DNA of 64,000 nt from assembly GCA_028534125.1 (NCBI GenBank), contig CM052816.1, positions 37,016,001-37,080,000 on the forward strand, in the 5' to 3' direction. This DNA is from Lama glama. Its lineage: Eukaryota. Under the pieces are notes generated by a model. That model was not told the origin of the DNA. It saw only the letters and a list, made by a program, of their open reading frames with translations, and ran no database searches. Below are positions 13,020 through 27,159 of the stretch, in pieces; the first letter of the stretch is position 1, and each line of letters begins with the position of its first letter. The translations under genes were made by a program, and so were the position numbers.

Positions 13020-13600
13020 TTGAACTCATTTACTTATTCATTTCAACAATTATTTACTGAGTACATACTTAGTCACTTTTAAATATTTCTAATAAAACAT
13101 TAAAAATATATCATCTCTTCCCTTAAATCTGTCCTTTTATGGTTTAGTGGAGAAGAAAATATGTCAAAAATTTAATCAACACAGCCAGTCAAATTCATAG
13201 TATAATAAATGTATGATTGAGGTGCAGTGGAAAAAGAGAGGCAGGTACTTTTTTCTACTGAAGCAAAAACATGATTGAACAAAGAGAAAATTGTCAGACA
13301 CTTAGGCCAGATTAAATGGTTTTATATGTACAGGAGGTTGAGAAGTCATGCAGTGGAGGAATATGATACCATATAACCAACATCCACACTGAGATAAGAC
13401 AGAAAAAGAGAGAGTCGTTAAAAAGGCTTTTACAGTAGTCAAGATCAAAAAAGGTGAGAATACAAACTAATCTTATGAAGTAAAAAGAAATATTTTGTAT
13501 TTTCTAAAGAAATTAGGATGTTAAAGGGAGAGGATGAAATCCAGGGAAATTATTACCTTTCTGGGGTAAGTGGCCAGTTGGCTAGATGACAGCATTTCAT
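13020..13600 (-). mobile_element. L2 fragment(s), heavily decayed
   Basis: Antisense L2 tail 'attcatttcaacaattatttactgagtac', followed by purine-rich L2-like text. Confidence 0.55.
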
Positions 13601-13778
13601 GCCAACATAGAAAGTTCTGTTTAGTCCACAATATTGTCGTAGTATTGAGCTTTTATATCCACAATCTGGTGTCAGTGCTGTTTCCATTGGAATGCCGGAC
13701 CACAGAGCCAAGTAGAGATTTCACTGAATTTTCATGTCCTGTCTCAATCGTTAAGACATCATGATAAAGCTATGGTGA

Positions 13779-13802
13779 TGAGAGAGAGAGAGAGAGAGAG
13801 AG
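13779..13802. repeat. (GA)12 microsatellite
   Basis: Read directly. Confidence 0.95.
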
Positions 13803-16800
13803 GAAAGGAGAGAGACAAAGAGAGTTCCTGCTTTTTTTCTTTCAGTTCTCTAGGTGGAAACTATTTGAGCTAAACATATTTGTTTCATTTGTTTCTAAAG
13901 TGCACTTTTTCTCATCCTTTGTGTGTCAGAGAATGACGTAACTTGCAGAAACTCTTTTGTAACTTATGATTATTTGTAACTTATGATTATGTTCCTAGGT
14001 TAACAAAACAACAAAGTTTTGATGTAACTTTAAAACTTTGAAATTAATACAAGTCCTCCCAGAGAGAGTGAACATTATATAATCAGAAGCTATGGAGGAT
14101 GGAGCTAAACTCAAGTTTGTGGCTTCTCTGGATTCATAAGTAAAAGCAGTTGAAACAATGAAAGATGCAATATAAGCTGAGTGGGCATTATGGAAATTGA
14201 ACAGGCCAATATGCTCCTTTTTAAAGCTTTCTTTGTCACTTCATATTCGCATTTTCTTCAGCCAGTTCCATTTTTCTTTGATAAGCCTTATGTTTAGGTC
14301 ATGCTGTAGTACAAGCACATCTCATAACAGGTGTTACAGCGTGAAATATCTGTGTAATGTGTTCATAAGGAGCCTACATTTTCATGTCAGATAGAAAGTT
14401 AATCTTTATGTGAAGATAAGAACGTATTCCAATCAATCATTACTAGTAGGCCTATCCTTCTGAGAGATATTTTGGGGAAAGTGAAAGCACGTAAATGACA
14501 GATTAAGTGTTCTTAGTAAGGAAAGAAAATGATCTTCCACCATTTCCCAGTTCATGGGTGTTTCCAGGCAATTGTGTACAGTGGTAAATTAAGTGAGACA
14601 TATTGGATATGTAACTTAAGTGAACTGTTTTCTTGGCTTACTTCAGCCAAGGTCAGTGGAAGAAAACCAAACCAAAACAACAAAAGTAATAACAGACAGT
14701 AATTACATGACTTATTCAGGTATCCTTAATCATGAAGCTATCTTTAATTTGTTCCTAGCAATTTTTATCCTTAATTAAATCACATTGTATCATATTGCAC
14801 TAAGTATCCAAGTATCTTCCCAATTCTTTTACCAGGATAGAGCTAACTAAACTATACATTGTTCTGCTTCTAATTACTATTTAATTATATTTTTATAGTT
14901 TTTCAATCATAAAGTCATCATCATAACATATGTTCCCCATTTCCAGGGTACACTGTTTGCATGGATCAGACTTAGCTAGATATTATATCTTAGGTCAAAT
15001 TCCTTAGATTTTATCCTCTGAATTCTTCCAATACAGTGTTGTTCATGCAACAGAAAAAAAAATGAAAGAAATGATGTTAGTGTGTTGTAAACCACTTAAG
15101 TAAGTTCACACGTTTATCCATACTACTGCCAAACGTGTAGCAAAAACACGATTTCTCCATTTTCTTAAACTATTCTAATTTATTTCAGTAGAGGAAAATA
15201 TAAATTTTGACTGACTGAAGTAACTTAAGATTGATCCTGCAATTTGAACACTCTTTTCAAGTAATTCTTTCTCTTTTAGATTAATGTCTGGTCTTTAAGA
15301 ACCCCTTTCTTTTATTTCTCTTTTCCAAGTTTAAGTGCTCCCTTGTGTCCTATTGGTTGAGGGAGACAAAGTGCCTCTGATTTGGATTTGATATTTTTCA
15401 ACTGTCTTAGTCCTAGTGACTATTGTGGCTAGTTTCTTTCCTGAGAATTAGGTCAAAATTAGTTTCCAGTGGTTGAAACAGAAGATATTCATGGTCTGTT
15501 CTCTCTCTCTCTTTCTCCCTCCCTCCCTCTCTCTTTCTCTCTCCCCCCACCCCTTCTCTGTTTAGTACAGTTCTGTAGCCTCCTGGGAAGGCTCTGGTCC
15601 AACTTTGCTTTTGCTCCTGCTACTGATGCTGTGGACTTCTTTACGTTCTAACTTAAATTCACGTAGTATCCAGTCCAGGTTGCCTGCTCCGCGCCTGCAT
15701 TACACCACCACTTTGTACCTTACAATGGAAATTCCCTTCTGATAGGTTATCTGGTTAGAGCCCCTTAGTTAAATATCACACCTCCCATAGGGACAATCAG
15801 GAACTTTCTAGTCTTCCTATGACTCAAGACAACTAGAGGAAAAGAAAAACTCCTAGCCTTTGTGTACCAACTATTTTACTGTGATGTCCCACCCAGGCTG
15901 GTCTGGGGCGTCTGTAACATGATTTCTTTCAAGAGTCTAAAATATAAAGTTTGAATTCAGGCAAAATCCCCTGTAGCTGGTGTTTTTCTTAAAGTAACCT
16001 AACACAGCTTAATCACATTTCATAGAAAACCAAAGAGCAGAGATCATGCTACGTGTGTCCTTCTGCCCCTTTTTTTCTTTCTCGTATAATCTTTGCCAAA
16101 GGATTTTCTTTCTTAATTCCTTTGGAAAAGGAAAATTCTTTTGCTCTTTCTTCCATTTTTAATTGAGATTATAATGTATTTTATATCCTCTTTCCCTGAT
16201 ACAGAGGCCCTCATGGCTTATACTATGCACACAAAGTGTTTTTTTACATTGAGACTGAAAGTTGATTTGGATCATATAGTGTTGACAATTGATCTGATAA
16301 GAAATTCAGAATCATTTCTCTCTATAAATATGGCTGTTAAGCATGTGGTGGTGCTGTAAAATATGATTTTAGATATAAAGATTTCTATATTAAAATTTTA
16401 GCCATACTAAGGATATTAAAATCCTATTTTGGATCAGAATTTAAATATTTTTCTCTTCATTGCTATTAAAATAACTATAAAGCATTCCCTTTCTCATTGC
16501 CCAAACTGCCTCCTCAAAAATAGACAAAGAGATAAACAAAAAAATAGAAACCTCCCATAATTTGATGCTTCAGGCTAGCTAGGCAAAAAATATATCAGCA
16601 AAGTTTCATTGATATTTTTCAAATTATTGTCCATATTTTACATTTGGACTTAGTAATATACTCACATCCATGATTAATCCATATTATTTTTATGATATGA
16701 ACATTAAACAATAATTTAAACTTGGTTCTACTTATCCCGTCAGAGTGTTTACCATTCCCTTGTGGCTCAGGTATTCCTTACTTACTAAGTCTATGTATGG

Positions 16801-17169
16801 ATTTTGGTTAAGAATCTTCTAAATCTGAGAAAAGAAGTTTTATGTATGTGCATTTATTAGTCATTTTCTGAGCAAAAGAACAATGTTTTATCAGTTCCTC
16901 ACAGGGAATGATGACAAACAGAATATTAAGAATCTTTTCATTGAAAAGAATAGGAAAAAATAAGGAGTAAGAAAGCAAGGTAAAATAATTAACAAAAAAC
17001 AAGGAGAAAAATCCTCGTTAAAAATTAAAATGACCAAGCTACAGTTGTGTTGGTTTAAGTGATTATTCTTATGATGCTCTTAGCTAACTGTGTTTATGTT
17101 AGAATTTCTACGTTCTACAAGTAGACTGGTCTTCTTCACCTCATTTGATTCCTTTTAGTGTGTACTCAT

Positions 17170-17500
17170 TGCTTCTCTAATCCACTTCCAATACCGGTAT
17201 CAGAGATAGCAAGATGTAAATCTGATCATATCACTCCTCCTTTCAAAGCATTCTGATGATTTCCCATTGCACTTAGAAAATAATGCTCAGTTCTTAGCCT
17301 AGTATTCAAGGTTCTTTATGATCTGACTGCCACTAAATTTCCCAGTCTCATCAGGTGCTATTTTCTGCCCCAAGGTGAACTTCTTTAGATTCCCTTAACT
17401 TCATTCATTGTCCTAGGACCATTTAACATGTTGTTGCCTCTCACTAGAACTCTTAGACGGCCCAGCTCCTGTTCATCTTTTAGATCTTATTCTATGTTTC
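17170..17500 (+). mobile_element. L2 fragment
   Basis: 'gtaaatctgatcatatcactcctcctttcaaagc..ttcccattgcacttagaaaa..tattcaaggttctttatgatctg'. Confidence 0.7.
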
Positions 17501-17794
17501 ACTTTATCTAAGATTGGTTATGTCCTCAACCAAATTTTAATATTATTAAAATAAGAAATCTATAAATCTTACTACATTATTATACTCTCAATCTCTTGTT
17601 TGGTACTTCACAAATATTTGTATATCAATTGAGTAAGACAATAAAAAGGATAAAATGTGAAAGCCAACAGAGTAACAAGATATTTGTGTTTTAATATAAA
17701 TAACTGGTTTATCGTGATTTGTTTTTTGATTACATCTTCACTCTATATTGCCACAGTCAGTTTATTCTGAACACCAAATTAGTGCCAGTTACTT

Positions 17795-18305
17795 ATTTTT
17801 ATTAGTCAGTATCCCAGAAGATAATGGATAGGCACAATTAAAAAAAAAAGATAAATGATAAAATTGCAATCAATGTACTGATTACGAAATTGTGGGAGAG
17901 CTTAATGGAAATCAAGACACATGAAGCTACTCTCTGGGTAGCAATAACGATAAACTTATGACCATATCTGCTCATGAAGAAGCAAGGAGAAGCAGGAATT
18001 ACCACAACTCACGGACAGCTGATAGCTGCTAGGAGCGGGCCATGCATACAGAACCTATGATGTTAATAGAGAAATGTAGCCAGTGTCAACCCGCAGTGGA
18101 CCAAATGGGAGAGAACCAAAACAAAAGTATCTCTGGCTTCAGTCTCCCCCTGGCTTTGGTTTCTTGTTCGTGCCTCTCATTAGTTGTACCCACTCAGAAG
18201 CCAAAGAGCAGAGGAATCTTATTGATGAGTGTAACAAGGTTTAAAAATTCAGACCACAAAGCCTGTGAAAAAGGTTGAAGAGTGAATCTAGAGGAGAAAA
18301 AGGGT
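17795..18305. mobile_element. Old ERVL-type LTR (LTR33/LTR41-like)
   Basis: 'attagtcagtatcccag...cccactcagaagccaaagagcagaggaatc..ttgatg..gagtgaatctagaggag' resembles the ERVL LTR33-type consensus as I recall it. Confidence 0.55.
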
Positions 18306-19689
18306 AACTAGGTAGTAAGTACAAAATCAGAAGAAAAAAAGTCAGTCTGACCTCGTGGGAATATTTCAACTTGGCTAGGTTGTTAGTTTTTGATTCTGGT
18401 CAAAAAACGATGTCAATTAGTGACTCCTCTTATTTATTTTCTTAAGTCCTGTTATTTATTTTGTTGTCTCCTCATATTACATACTTGCCAAAAAAAAAAA
18501 AAAAAGAAAGAGAGATGCTGTCTCTTGTTTCTGTATGGCCAAATGAAATCTATCTAACCTTTAAAAGTAACATTTTATTTCAATTATATGGTATGTGTAT
18601 GCATGTGTGTGTGCACACACATTACCATTGACTCTGTTGTTAGTGTTGTTTGCCCCTCACATTGATTGATTCATCCAAAACCAATAAATGATTCAGTTAT
18701 TACGATGGATGAAAATGCCAACTAATGCATTCCTTTGATGTTGTTACATGTCTCTATTGCCAAATATGATGCCATCTGTAACTTGATTACATGTTCTTAT
18801 TATTAAATAGTTGGATTTGTATTCAAAAATTTTTATTTATAATGCAAGTATTCAAACCTAGTAGAAGTATAAAGAAGGAAATAATTATATTATGAAAAAA
18901 GAATAAAATGTATCTATGTAGAATTAATTTCATTCAGGCTTTTGTCCATTTATTTAATGTTTTCTATATTTATCATTGAAAAATCAACAATAATGAACTA
19001 ACTATAGAAGTATTTAAATACGCTCTACAACAATAAAATTATACCTGCATTATTCCTTTTTATATCCTCTGCTTCATAAATACCTTACTTAGGATTCAAT
19101 TTAGTTCACCATGCCAAAGAAAAACCATTATTTTAGTTTTTATTTGTAACAGAAATTAAGCATTTTCTGCATTATACTGTGTAAAGCAATACACACATAT
19201 TAGCAGACTGCAAATGGAACATTTCCAACTTTTTTCTTCTAGGTAGAAAAGTGAGAAAATAAAAATTAATACTCCATTCAACAGTTATATTACAATGTAT
19301 AGTGCATATCATTTTAGTGTATAACATAGATGTCTCAGGAATGGATTAATGCTTTGTTATGTTATCTGTTATTTAAAGAAGTGATAATGCCACAGGAGCT
19401 TCTACTTGCTGACATTTATTCTGGCTACTATAGAAAACCTGCTGCAGGTAGGTGCCATCTTATGGAATTAGATACAAAGTCTAATGAAAGACTACATATT
19501 CTCTTAGTGCGTGTTTGAACAACAGCATAGAGACAAATGAGTAAGCAATAACAGATTAGTCAAAGGAATGGACAGATATGAAACCTTACGTTTGTTAGAT
19601 ATAGGAGAGGAAATCCTTGACATTGAAGATCTTGAAACGTATTCACTCTTCTATATTCCCTTTTTTTGTTTTTGATTTTTAAATTACTT

Positions 19690-20356
19690 CCTTTTTTCTT
19701 ATTTGCTTATTTATTTTTATTGTAGTCAGTTTACACTATTGTGTCAATTTCTGGTGTGCAGCATAATGTTTCAGTCATACATATTCATATATATACTCGT
19801 TTTCATATTCTTTTTCATTATAGGTTACTACAAGATACTAAAAATAGTTCTCTGTGCTATATACAGTATAAACTTGTTGTTTATCTATTTTATATACTGT
19901 AGTTAGTATCTGCAAATCTTGAAATCCTAATTTATCCATTTCCTTCTTCCCCCTACCCAGTAACCATAAATTTGTTTTCTGTCTGAGTCTGTTTCTGTTT
20001 TATAAATAAGTTCACTTGTGTCTTTTTTTAGATTCCACATATAAGTGATATCATATGGTATTTTTCTGTTTCTTTCTGGCTTACTTCACTTAGAATGATG
20101 ATCTCCAGCTCTATCCATACAGTAGCAAATAGCATTATTTTATTCTTTGTTGTGGCTAAGTAGTATTCCATTGTAAATATATATAATATATATATCTATA
20201 TATCTATATATCTATATATCTATATCTATATATCTATCTATCTCTCTATATATATATATATATATATTTACCCCCCACAACTTCTTTATTCATCTATTGA
20301 TGGACATTTAGGTTGCTTCCATATCTTGGCTATTATAAATAGTGCTGCTATGAACA
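19690..20356 (-). mobile_element. 5'-truncated lineage-specific L1 3' end with an internal (TATATC)n/(TA)n microsatellite
   Basis: 'tagtcagtttacactattgtgtcaatttctggtgt..agattccacatataagtgatatcatatgg..tgatggacatttaggttgcttcc'. Microsatellite at about 20177-20267. Confidence 0.92.
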
Positions 20357-21199
20357 TTTGCTTTTAATTTCTTTTCTGGTATATTATATTTGTGCCCTAA
20401 CAAATCTTTTATTTTGCTATCCTCCAATATAATTTTTACTGTTCACAGAATAACTTACTAAAATATAATCATATTATGTTATTTCCTTGGTAAAAAAAGA
20501 TAGTAAAATGAAGAGATTTAGTGTGCTGGGTAGAAGATCTTGGTAATGGAACAGTATGCTCAGTCATGTTTTAGATGCTTTCATTTTGAGGTGAAAATTA
20601 GACTCTCAAGTGGAAATTCACTCTAGGAAGCTGGAAATATAAAACTAAAGCTTGAGGCCAGAGATATGAATATAAAGTAATAACAAAATATAAAGATATG
20701 AATATAGAAGTAATAACAATTCAACTAAAGTCACAAAAGGGGACTATTTCAATGATAAAATAATAAAACAGACAAAAACCAAGAGAGAGGAACTGAGTGA
20801 TGTCTTCATAGTTTTTCATACTGCTCTTCTTTTAAAGCTTCAAGACCCATATCAAATATAGATAAATTTTGAAGGCTTTCTTCAAAAAAAACTCTGTTTT
20901 TCACCTTACAGTAAACCCCTTGGAATGAATCTACTTGGAATGTTACCCTAATAGTAAGTTAACCTGCCACATTTTGCAGGTGCTGGGCCTAAGTTACACA
21001 TGTTCATCCCACTACTCAAGTATTAACAGAGTTCTTAAACAAGAAAAATGCTTTTCTAATTTAGATTGAGTCTATTCACCAATGAATATCAGAATAACAA
21101 GACCCGCCCCACACACACCCACAGTAACATATATTAATGGGAATTTGTCACAAGGTCTCAGTGTGAGTCATGTTCACTCAAAAATAACCCATGTTTACA

Positions 21200-22270
21200 C
21201 CACTTACTAGGTATGTACATTTTCTATGCTCTTAAATGACAGTATCTCTTCTGTATTCTTGAACTTCTACTATACTCTTTCTCCTTAACTTCATTGCAAC
21301 TAATGAACCTCATCTAAAATAGGACAATCAGACAAAAAGCTACTTCATCTTTCCACCAACAAATTGCTAATCTTTTCCCCTAATTTCTTCCTTTCCTTAG
21401 GTGAGGTTAGATTAAGTATCCCTGATCCTATCTAAGGCTCCAGTCCATTCTGGATCTTAACCAGTTTTACACTGAGCACTTCCTCCTTTGTCTAACTCAT
21501 AAATTTCTCACTGTCTGCTGGATCATTCCTATCAGGAAAAAAATGATATTTTTTTCCCATGGTATTTCTTATCTTAAAAGTTAATTTTCTCCATTGATCC
21601 TACATTCTCCTGCAGCTACCACACCATATCTTTACTCCACAACAAATATTCATGTAAGAATGGAATACAGTCTTGCCTTTCCCTGCTTTCTTCAATTGCG
21701 TTATTTTCTAGTAAACCTATGGCAATTTTTCTAGTAAATATACCAAAGGCTACCTCTCTTATTTAACCTCTCAGAAAAAATCAATGTGACTGACCTTTTA
21801 CTCTTTAAAATTCATTCTTCTTTTGCCTTCTGCAATGCCACACCCTTTGGATTTCTTTTTACCTCACAGTACACACTTATTTATACTTTATTGCCTTCTC
21901 CTCTTTGGGGCTTGATCACTAAATGTCAGAGCACCCTAAAATTTTTGTCCTATGTCCACTTTTTGTTTTCTTTCTCTATGTGATACCATTTGATTCTAAG
22001 GTATTAAATAAAATCCATTTCTCATGATTTCCAAATGCATCTGAAGCCCTGCAAACACTCATAAAATTCAGACTTGTAAATCTAACTGCCTATCTGACCT
22101 GCTCATTAAGAGTAAAAATAGTGTCTTAAACTTAATAAAATCTAGTATTTCTTTATGTATTCATTTCCTCCACAGTCTCCCAACTTCAGCCAATGTTACC
22201 ACCATTCATCAAGTTTTATTCAAGGCAACAGTCTACAAGATATTTCTGATCTTTGATTTTCCCTGATTTC
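21200..22270 (+). mobile_element. L2 body (decayed)
   Basis: Pyrimidine-rich L2-like text 'ctgctggatcattcctatcag', 'ttaacctctcag', 'tctaactgcctatctgac', 'ttaccaccattcatcaagtt'. Confidence 0.65.
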
Positions 22271-22749
22271 CACATTTGATGTAATTTTTGTTTTGCAGAA
22301 TGATCATTTTCCCAAAACATGTAATATCTCTGTATAAACTGTTTGTTCTGGTTTGTAGGTAGTGCCTACCTCAGTCATTTTGCCCTGGTCACACAGCTTC
22401 TTTCTGTCTCTTCATTAAACCAGACTGGTTGTGAAGGAACATCTCTTCTAGCTGTTCTCTCTGTCTATAATGCTCTTATCCTTGTTATTTGCTTAACTGG
22501 CTATTATCTGATATTTAGATTTTAAATTAAGCTCTACCCTAACTTAACCAACAATTTAAATTGACTCAAAAAGAGGTTGACAAAGTCTCTCCTTGATCAA
22601 ATGTTTAAAACTTAAACTTGATCAAAATTCCTTTCCTACATTTGTCTTATTTCCTTTATTTCTTCCTTTCTTCCTTATTTCATTCTTTTCCTCATTCATT
22701 TTATTTTGCTTTATTCTCCTTCACCTTTCTTTCTTTCCTCATTGCCTCT

Positions 22750-22880
22750 CCCCACTGTAGTGTAAGTTTCATATAAGCAGGGATGTTATGTCTCTTTTCC
22801 ACACTGTATCCTCAGTGATTGAAGGGCAATTGCCACAGAGCAGGGTAAATAAAAACTTATTAAATAACCAATTGAATTAT
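22750..22880 (+). mobile_element. L2 3' end
   Basis: 'tagtgtaagtttcatataagcaggga...cactgtatcctcagtg'. Confidence 0.7.
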
Positions 22881-24814
22881 AACAAAAATCTAAGTATATA
22901 TTAAGAAAGGGATAAAAACAAAAGAGCTAAAATTTAGAACATAGATAAAGAGATATTTGTCTGCAGTGGGAAAGTACTACACAGGGCATTATAAATGATA
23001 TGATCCACAGCAGGGGTGGTGTACTATGGATTTAAGGCAGATATTAATTTAAATAAAAACAAACAAGATTATGTAAGAAGGAATAGAAATCACTAATTAT
23101 CACTCTTCAAATTAATCTAACATTGCCTACTATTGTTCAAAGGCATACTTTATGTTTAATAATATTAAATATGTTTGTTTCTCATCTCACATCTTATAAA
23201 TAGAATTTATACAAAAAAGTTTGCTCTACGATTTTTAGTATATCTGAAAATATTCAGTTTATAAAGTAAGTCTGTTGGCTACTATTCCAGACAGAGGTAT
23301 ATAGAAAGAATGAATATTTGATTGATCAGATACAAGCTCTGCAGTATCTGCTTCTTATTGCATCCCAAGTCCTTAGTTCTGTTTTCAGTTTTTTTTTTAA
23401 TCCCTGAGTACAATTTTATATGTTCTTCAGGGTGATTAGCTGAGGGAGATTAATTGATGCATGAATCTGTTAGGATAACCTGTGTAACGATTTATTGATT
23501 TAAAATGAAAGTGTAACTACTGAGATTACACATTTGTGTCTTCTTCACCCATAATAAATCTACTTGGGAAAGACACTATTTTGAAACTTTCCTCTAAAGC
23601 TAGGTTCAGAGTAAATGACAAAAGACTATGATAGTCTAATGCATCTAGCTCCATGACAAGCCCAAAAGGGTTTTTGGGTTTTTTTTGAGTTATTCTATTG
23701 ACTAGAATGTAATTTTTCAAGCATAAAGGTTTATTTATTTTTAAATGTGATAAGAGAAAGAACAAATTATCAAGAACATAATATGTAAATTTACACTTGG
23801 AAGTCAATCTGTATGTAGGAACTTAAAGTGCAATTATATGACTGAGTTTGTTTGGTTTAATGTACTGACATCTACATGTCTGAATAACTGCTCAAAATGA
23901 GATTAATCTTGTAGGGTAAATATGTACTTGAAATGCTCATGTGGCTGAGTCAGAATTAGGTCAGGTTTAAAATATATCTTGTTGGGGATTTGTTTTTCTG
24001 AGGCTTAACAATGCCTTTCAAAAAGTAACAAGGAAGGGAAGATAGCAGACCTCAGATGTCCTACAGAGTTCCAGACAGATTTCCCTGGTGGAGGGAAAGA
24101 GAATAAAAAACAGAGTGATTCAGAGTGATCCTGTTCATTTGCTAAAATTTAGACTGTGCTGCTTCTGTTGTGCTGATTTGTTTTGTTTTGATTCTGTAAA
24201 ACATTTAGTTTCTTTCCTATTTTGAAGACATTCCAGGCAAATTGTGTATTTGCCAAGTGTATTATCACAAGGTAATCTTGTAGTGGCCTTTTGTTTCTAC
24301 TGCTTTAGCAAAATATTTTGTATCTATTTGTTAAAGAAGGAAGTTTTATTCAAAATCTTTTTCCAGAGAACGATGATTAATTCAAAAGATCCAACTTTCT
24401 CTTCTTCTGTGACAGCAAAATATAAGCCAAAAAGCCCTGACTGTTCTTTTCTTCTATCATCTACCCTTTGCTGCTACAATGAAGCTATCATTTTAAACAA
24501 AGCCATGACAGTAAAGTCAGCAGTCTAGCAGCATCATCACTTAATGTCAGGGTGCACCGAAGTCTGTGGCAAGTTTAATGGAGACTTTGATGAGATATTA
24601 ATCTTTTTAGCACTATCTTACTGAACTGGTGGACTCCTCAGTCAGTCAGTCTTAAAGAGTAATTCCCCTAAGGTCTGACAGTGGCTAAATCTGAACCAAC
24701 CACATCTGTGGGAATATACAGTAGATCAAGGAACATCAATAAAACATGACCATAATTTCCTATTAAAAATATGTACCTAATTCTGTTATAATATCTATTA
24801 GTCTGTTTTTAATA

Positions 24815-25405
24815 TGAATTTATTTAAATCTGTTTATTGAGTACCTACTATATTCTGTGTTGAGGTGTATAGCAGGTACTTGCTCACATGGTGTTTACAA
24901 TGTAACTTCAAAGAGACAGAAAAATGCATTGTTAAACCAATAAGATAATTTTAAATAGCCCTAAGTGTCATGAAGGTAATCAGAGTTGACATGATGAGTA
25001 AGGATAACTGAAAGGATTCAGCTGCTTTAGATATGATGACAGATAACTTTAGGCAAAGTGACATCTCTGAGAAGGTAACATTTGATCAGAAACGAATAAC
25101 AAAAATTAACTGCGTGAAAACTTGGACCAGAAAATTCTTACAAAAGGAGCAGCAAATGTAAAGCTCATAATGCAAGTGCGACCTGAGAGTTTTATAGATT
25201 TGGAGGAAAAAAGGCTAATATTACTGTACTACAGTATGCCAAGGGAGGTGAGACAGAGGACAAAGTCTGAAAGGTAGTCAAGACCCAAATTATGTGGCAT
25301 CATGCTGGCTGTGTGAGGAAACTGGAATTTTATTCTATGTACAATGGTTTCCCATAGATACTATAAATAGTATGATGGCATGATGTTATGTAAATTTTAA
25401 GAGAC
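24815..25405 (-). mobile_element. L2 fragment
   Basis: 'tgtttattgagtacctactat..tctctgagaaggtaacatttga..ggaattttattct'. Confidence 0.75.
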
Positions 25406-27159
25406 ACATTTAATGTTTTTTTCTGTTTATTTTCTCTCTTTTATTTTTTTCTACTTCTCTTACCTCCTCAGTCCTTGATTAACGGATATGTGCACATGTA
25501 TGTACAGATTACATACATACGTACACATTACACATATGTAATATCAGCCCTGTAATACTGACCCATGGGCTTGTGAAGTCCAGCCATTTGTACGCTCAGG
25601 GACTCCTCAACTTTTCTTTGGACTAATGATGTGATACATCTTAGAAGTTAAGTGAGCCCATTCCCATATGTCCTCCATATTAAGCAATCACAGATCGAAT
25701 GGATTGTAACGTTGTAAGGTGTGTTTTTTAAGATTTGTGAAGTAAATGGAGTGTCAGAGAGATTTGGTTAAGAGGTGGGAAACACATGTTGTTTTAGGGT
25801 CACTTTTGAATATGTGTGAGGGCAATAGCATTTCCAAACATATCTTTTGCCTGTTCCCATCGGTGGGATTCTATAAGTAGCCATGGGATTTTTCGTAGGT
25901 TCTTTATTGCCACACAAGTCCAGATTGCCATGTTACAATAGTCATGTTTTGTAATAGTGAATGCACATTTAAAAACCTTCTTTAATCAAATTTATCAACT
26001 CTAAATGGGAATCTTTCAGTTTCATAAATCTCCAAATAAAGTGAATGTGTTTCTATGTGTATGTGTGCACATGTGACTCATTGTGATTCAATTACATCAA
26101 AAGAGAAAAAGTGCACAAATGTTGTGCTTCATTAGAAGATCAAACACATGGGGATACCTGCTTAGTTTCCAATGAAAAGTTACAGTGGCTCCAAACCTCA
26201 CTCCCAGAGAAGACCCACAGGGAGATCTGGACCATCACTTATCTGCAGAGCTGATCCTCCCTTAGAGAATCCAAGGTCCTTCTTTTTATCCACCTCATTC
26301 ATCACATTTGGAAAAACACTCAAGGGCCCAGTGACAAATAGGAATTACTAACATTGCTTAAGCTTTCTCAGTCTGCTTCTCTGGTTGTAGACTTTAGATA
26401 CACATACAAAATACTGAAGTAAATCTCAGAATTCTTAGGACCATTAATCACCAATTAAGCCCAATCTGTTATTGAAATCCTTAATAAGTTTTAGTAGATC
26501 AAAAGGAAAGATACTTATTATCAAACTACAAGTAAGGTTAGTAAAACTTGAGGCAAATAAGGTGTAAGATTACATGAAAGTTAAATCATATAAACAATGA
26601 AAAGTCAACTCATAAAACACATTTTCCCTTCATTTGGTTTTGGGGGCATTCTAATTTTTTTAATGAAAATATATGACATGAGTCTTAAGAATAACTTGTA
26701 AAGCAACTCCCGAATTGTCACTTAAAATACTATTCAATACAAAATGAATAATTTAATTCACAACAGGGATTTATCTGGAAAGAAAATTCTAATAAATCTT
26801 CCATCCCACTGGGATATTTTGACAAGTGCAATAACAGAAGCTGCGGTTGGCAGTCTCCACAAGTGCTGTCTTGGCCTGTCACTGTAACTCTAACCATAGG
26901 ACATGAATTAGCTTCCACACAGCTTAATAGTAAAAGCTGCCATCTTTGACCCTTGAGGAGATACTCATGAGTAGGTGAGCACTTTTGGTTGTGTGAATTA
27001 TAAATCATTTTAGAACTATTTCATCATTTTAGGCATTCGTATAATTGATATTTGCTATCAATGACATTGTCCCCCTGAGGAAGCAAGCTGCCTGAACATA
27101 AGCAGTGCAGAGTGTCATAAACAGTTTCAAAAGTGGTCTTGAGAGGGAAGTATAGGGAG

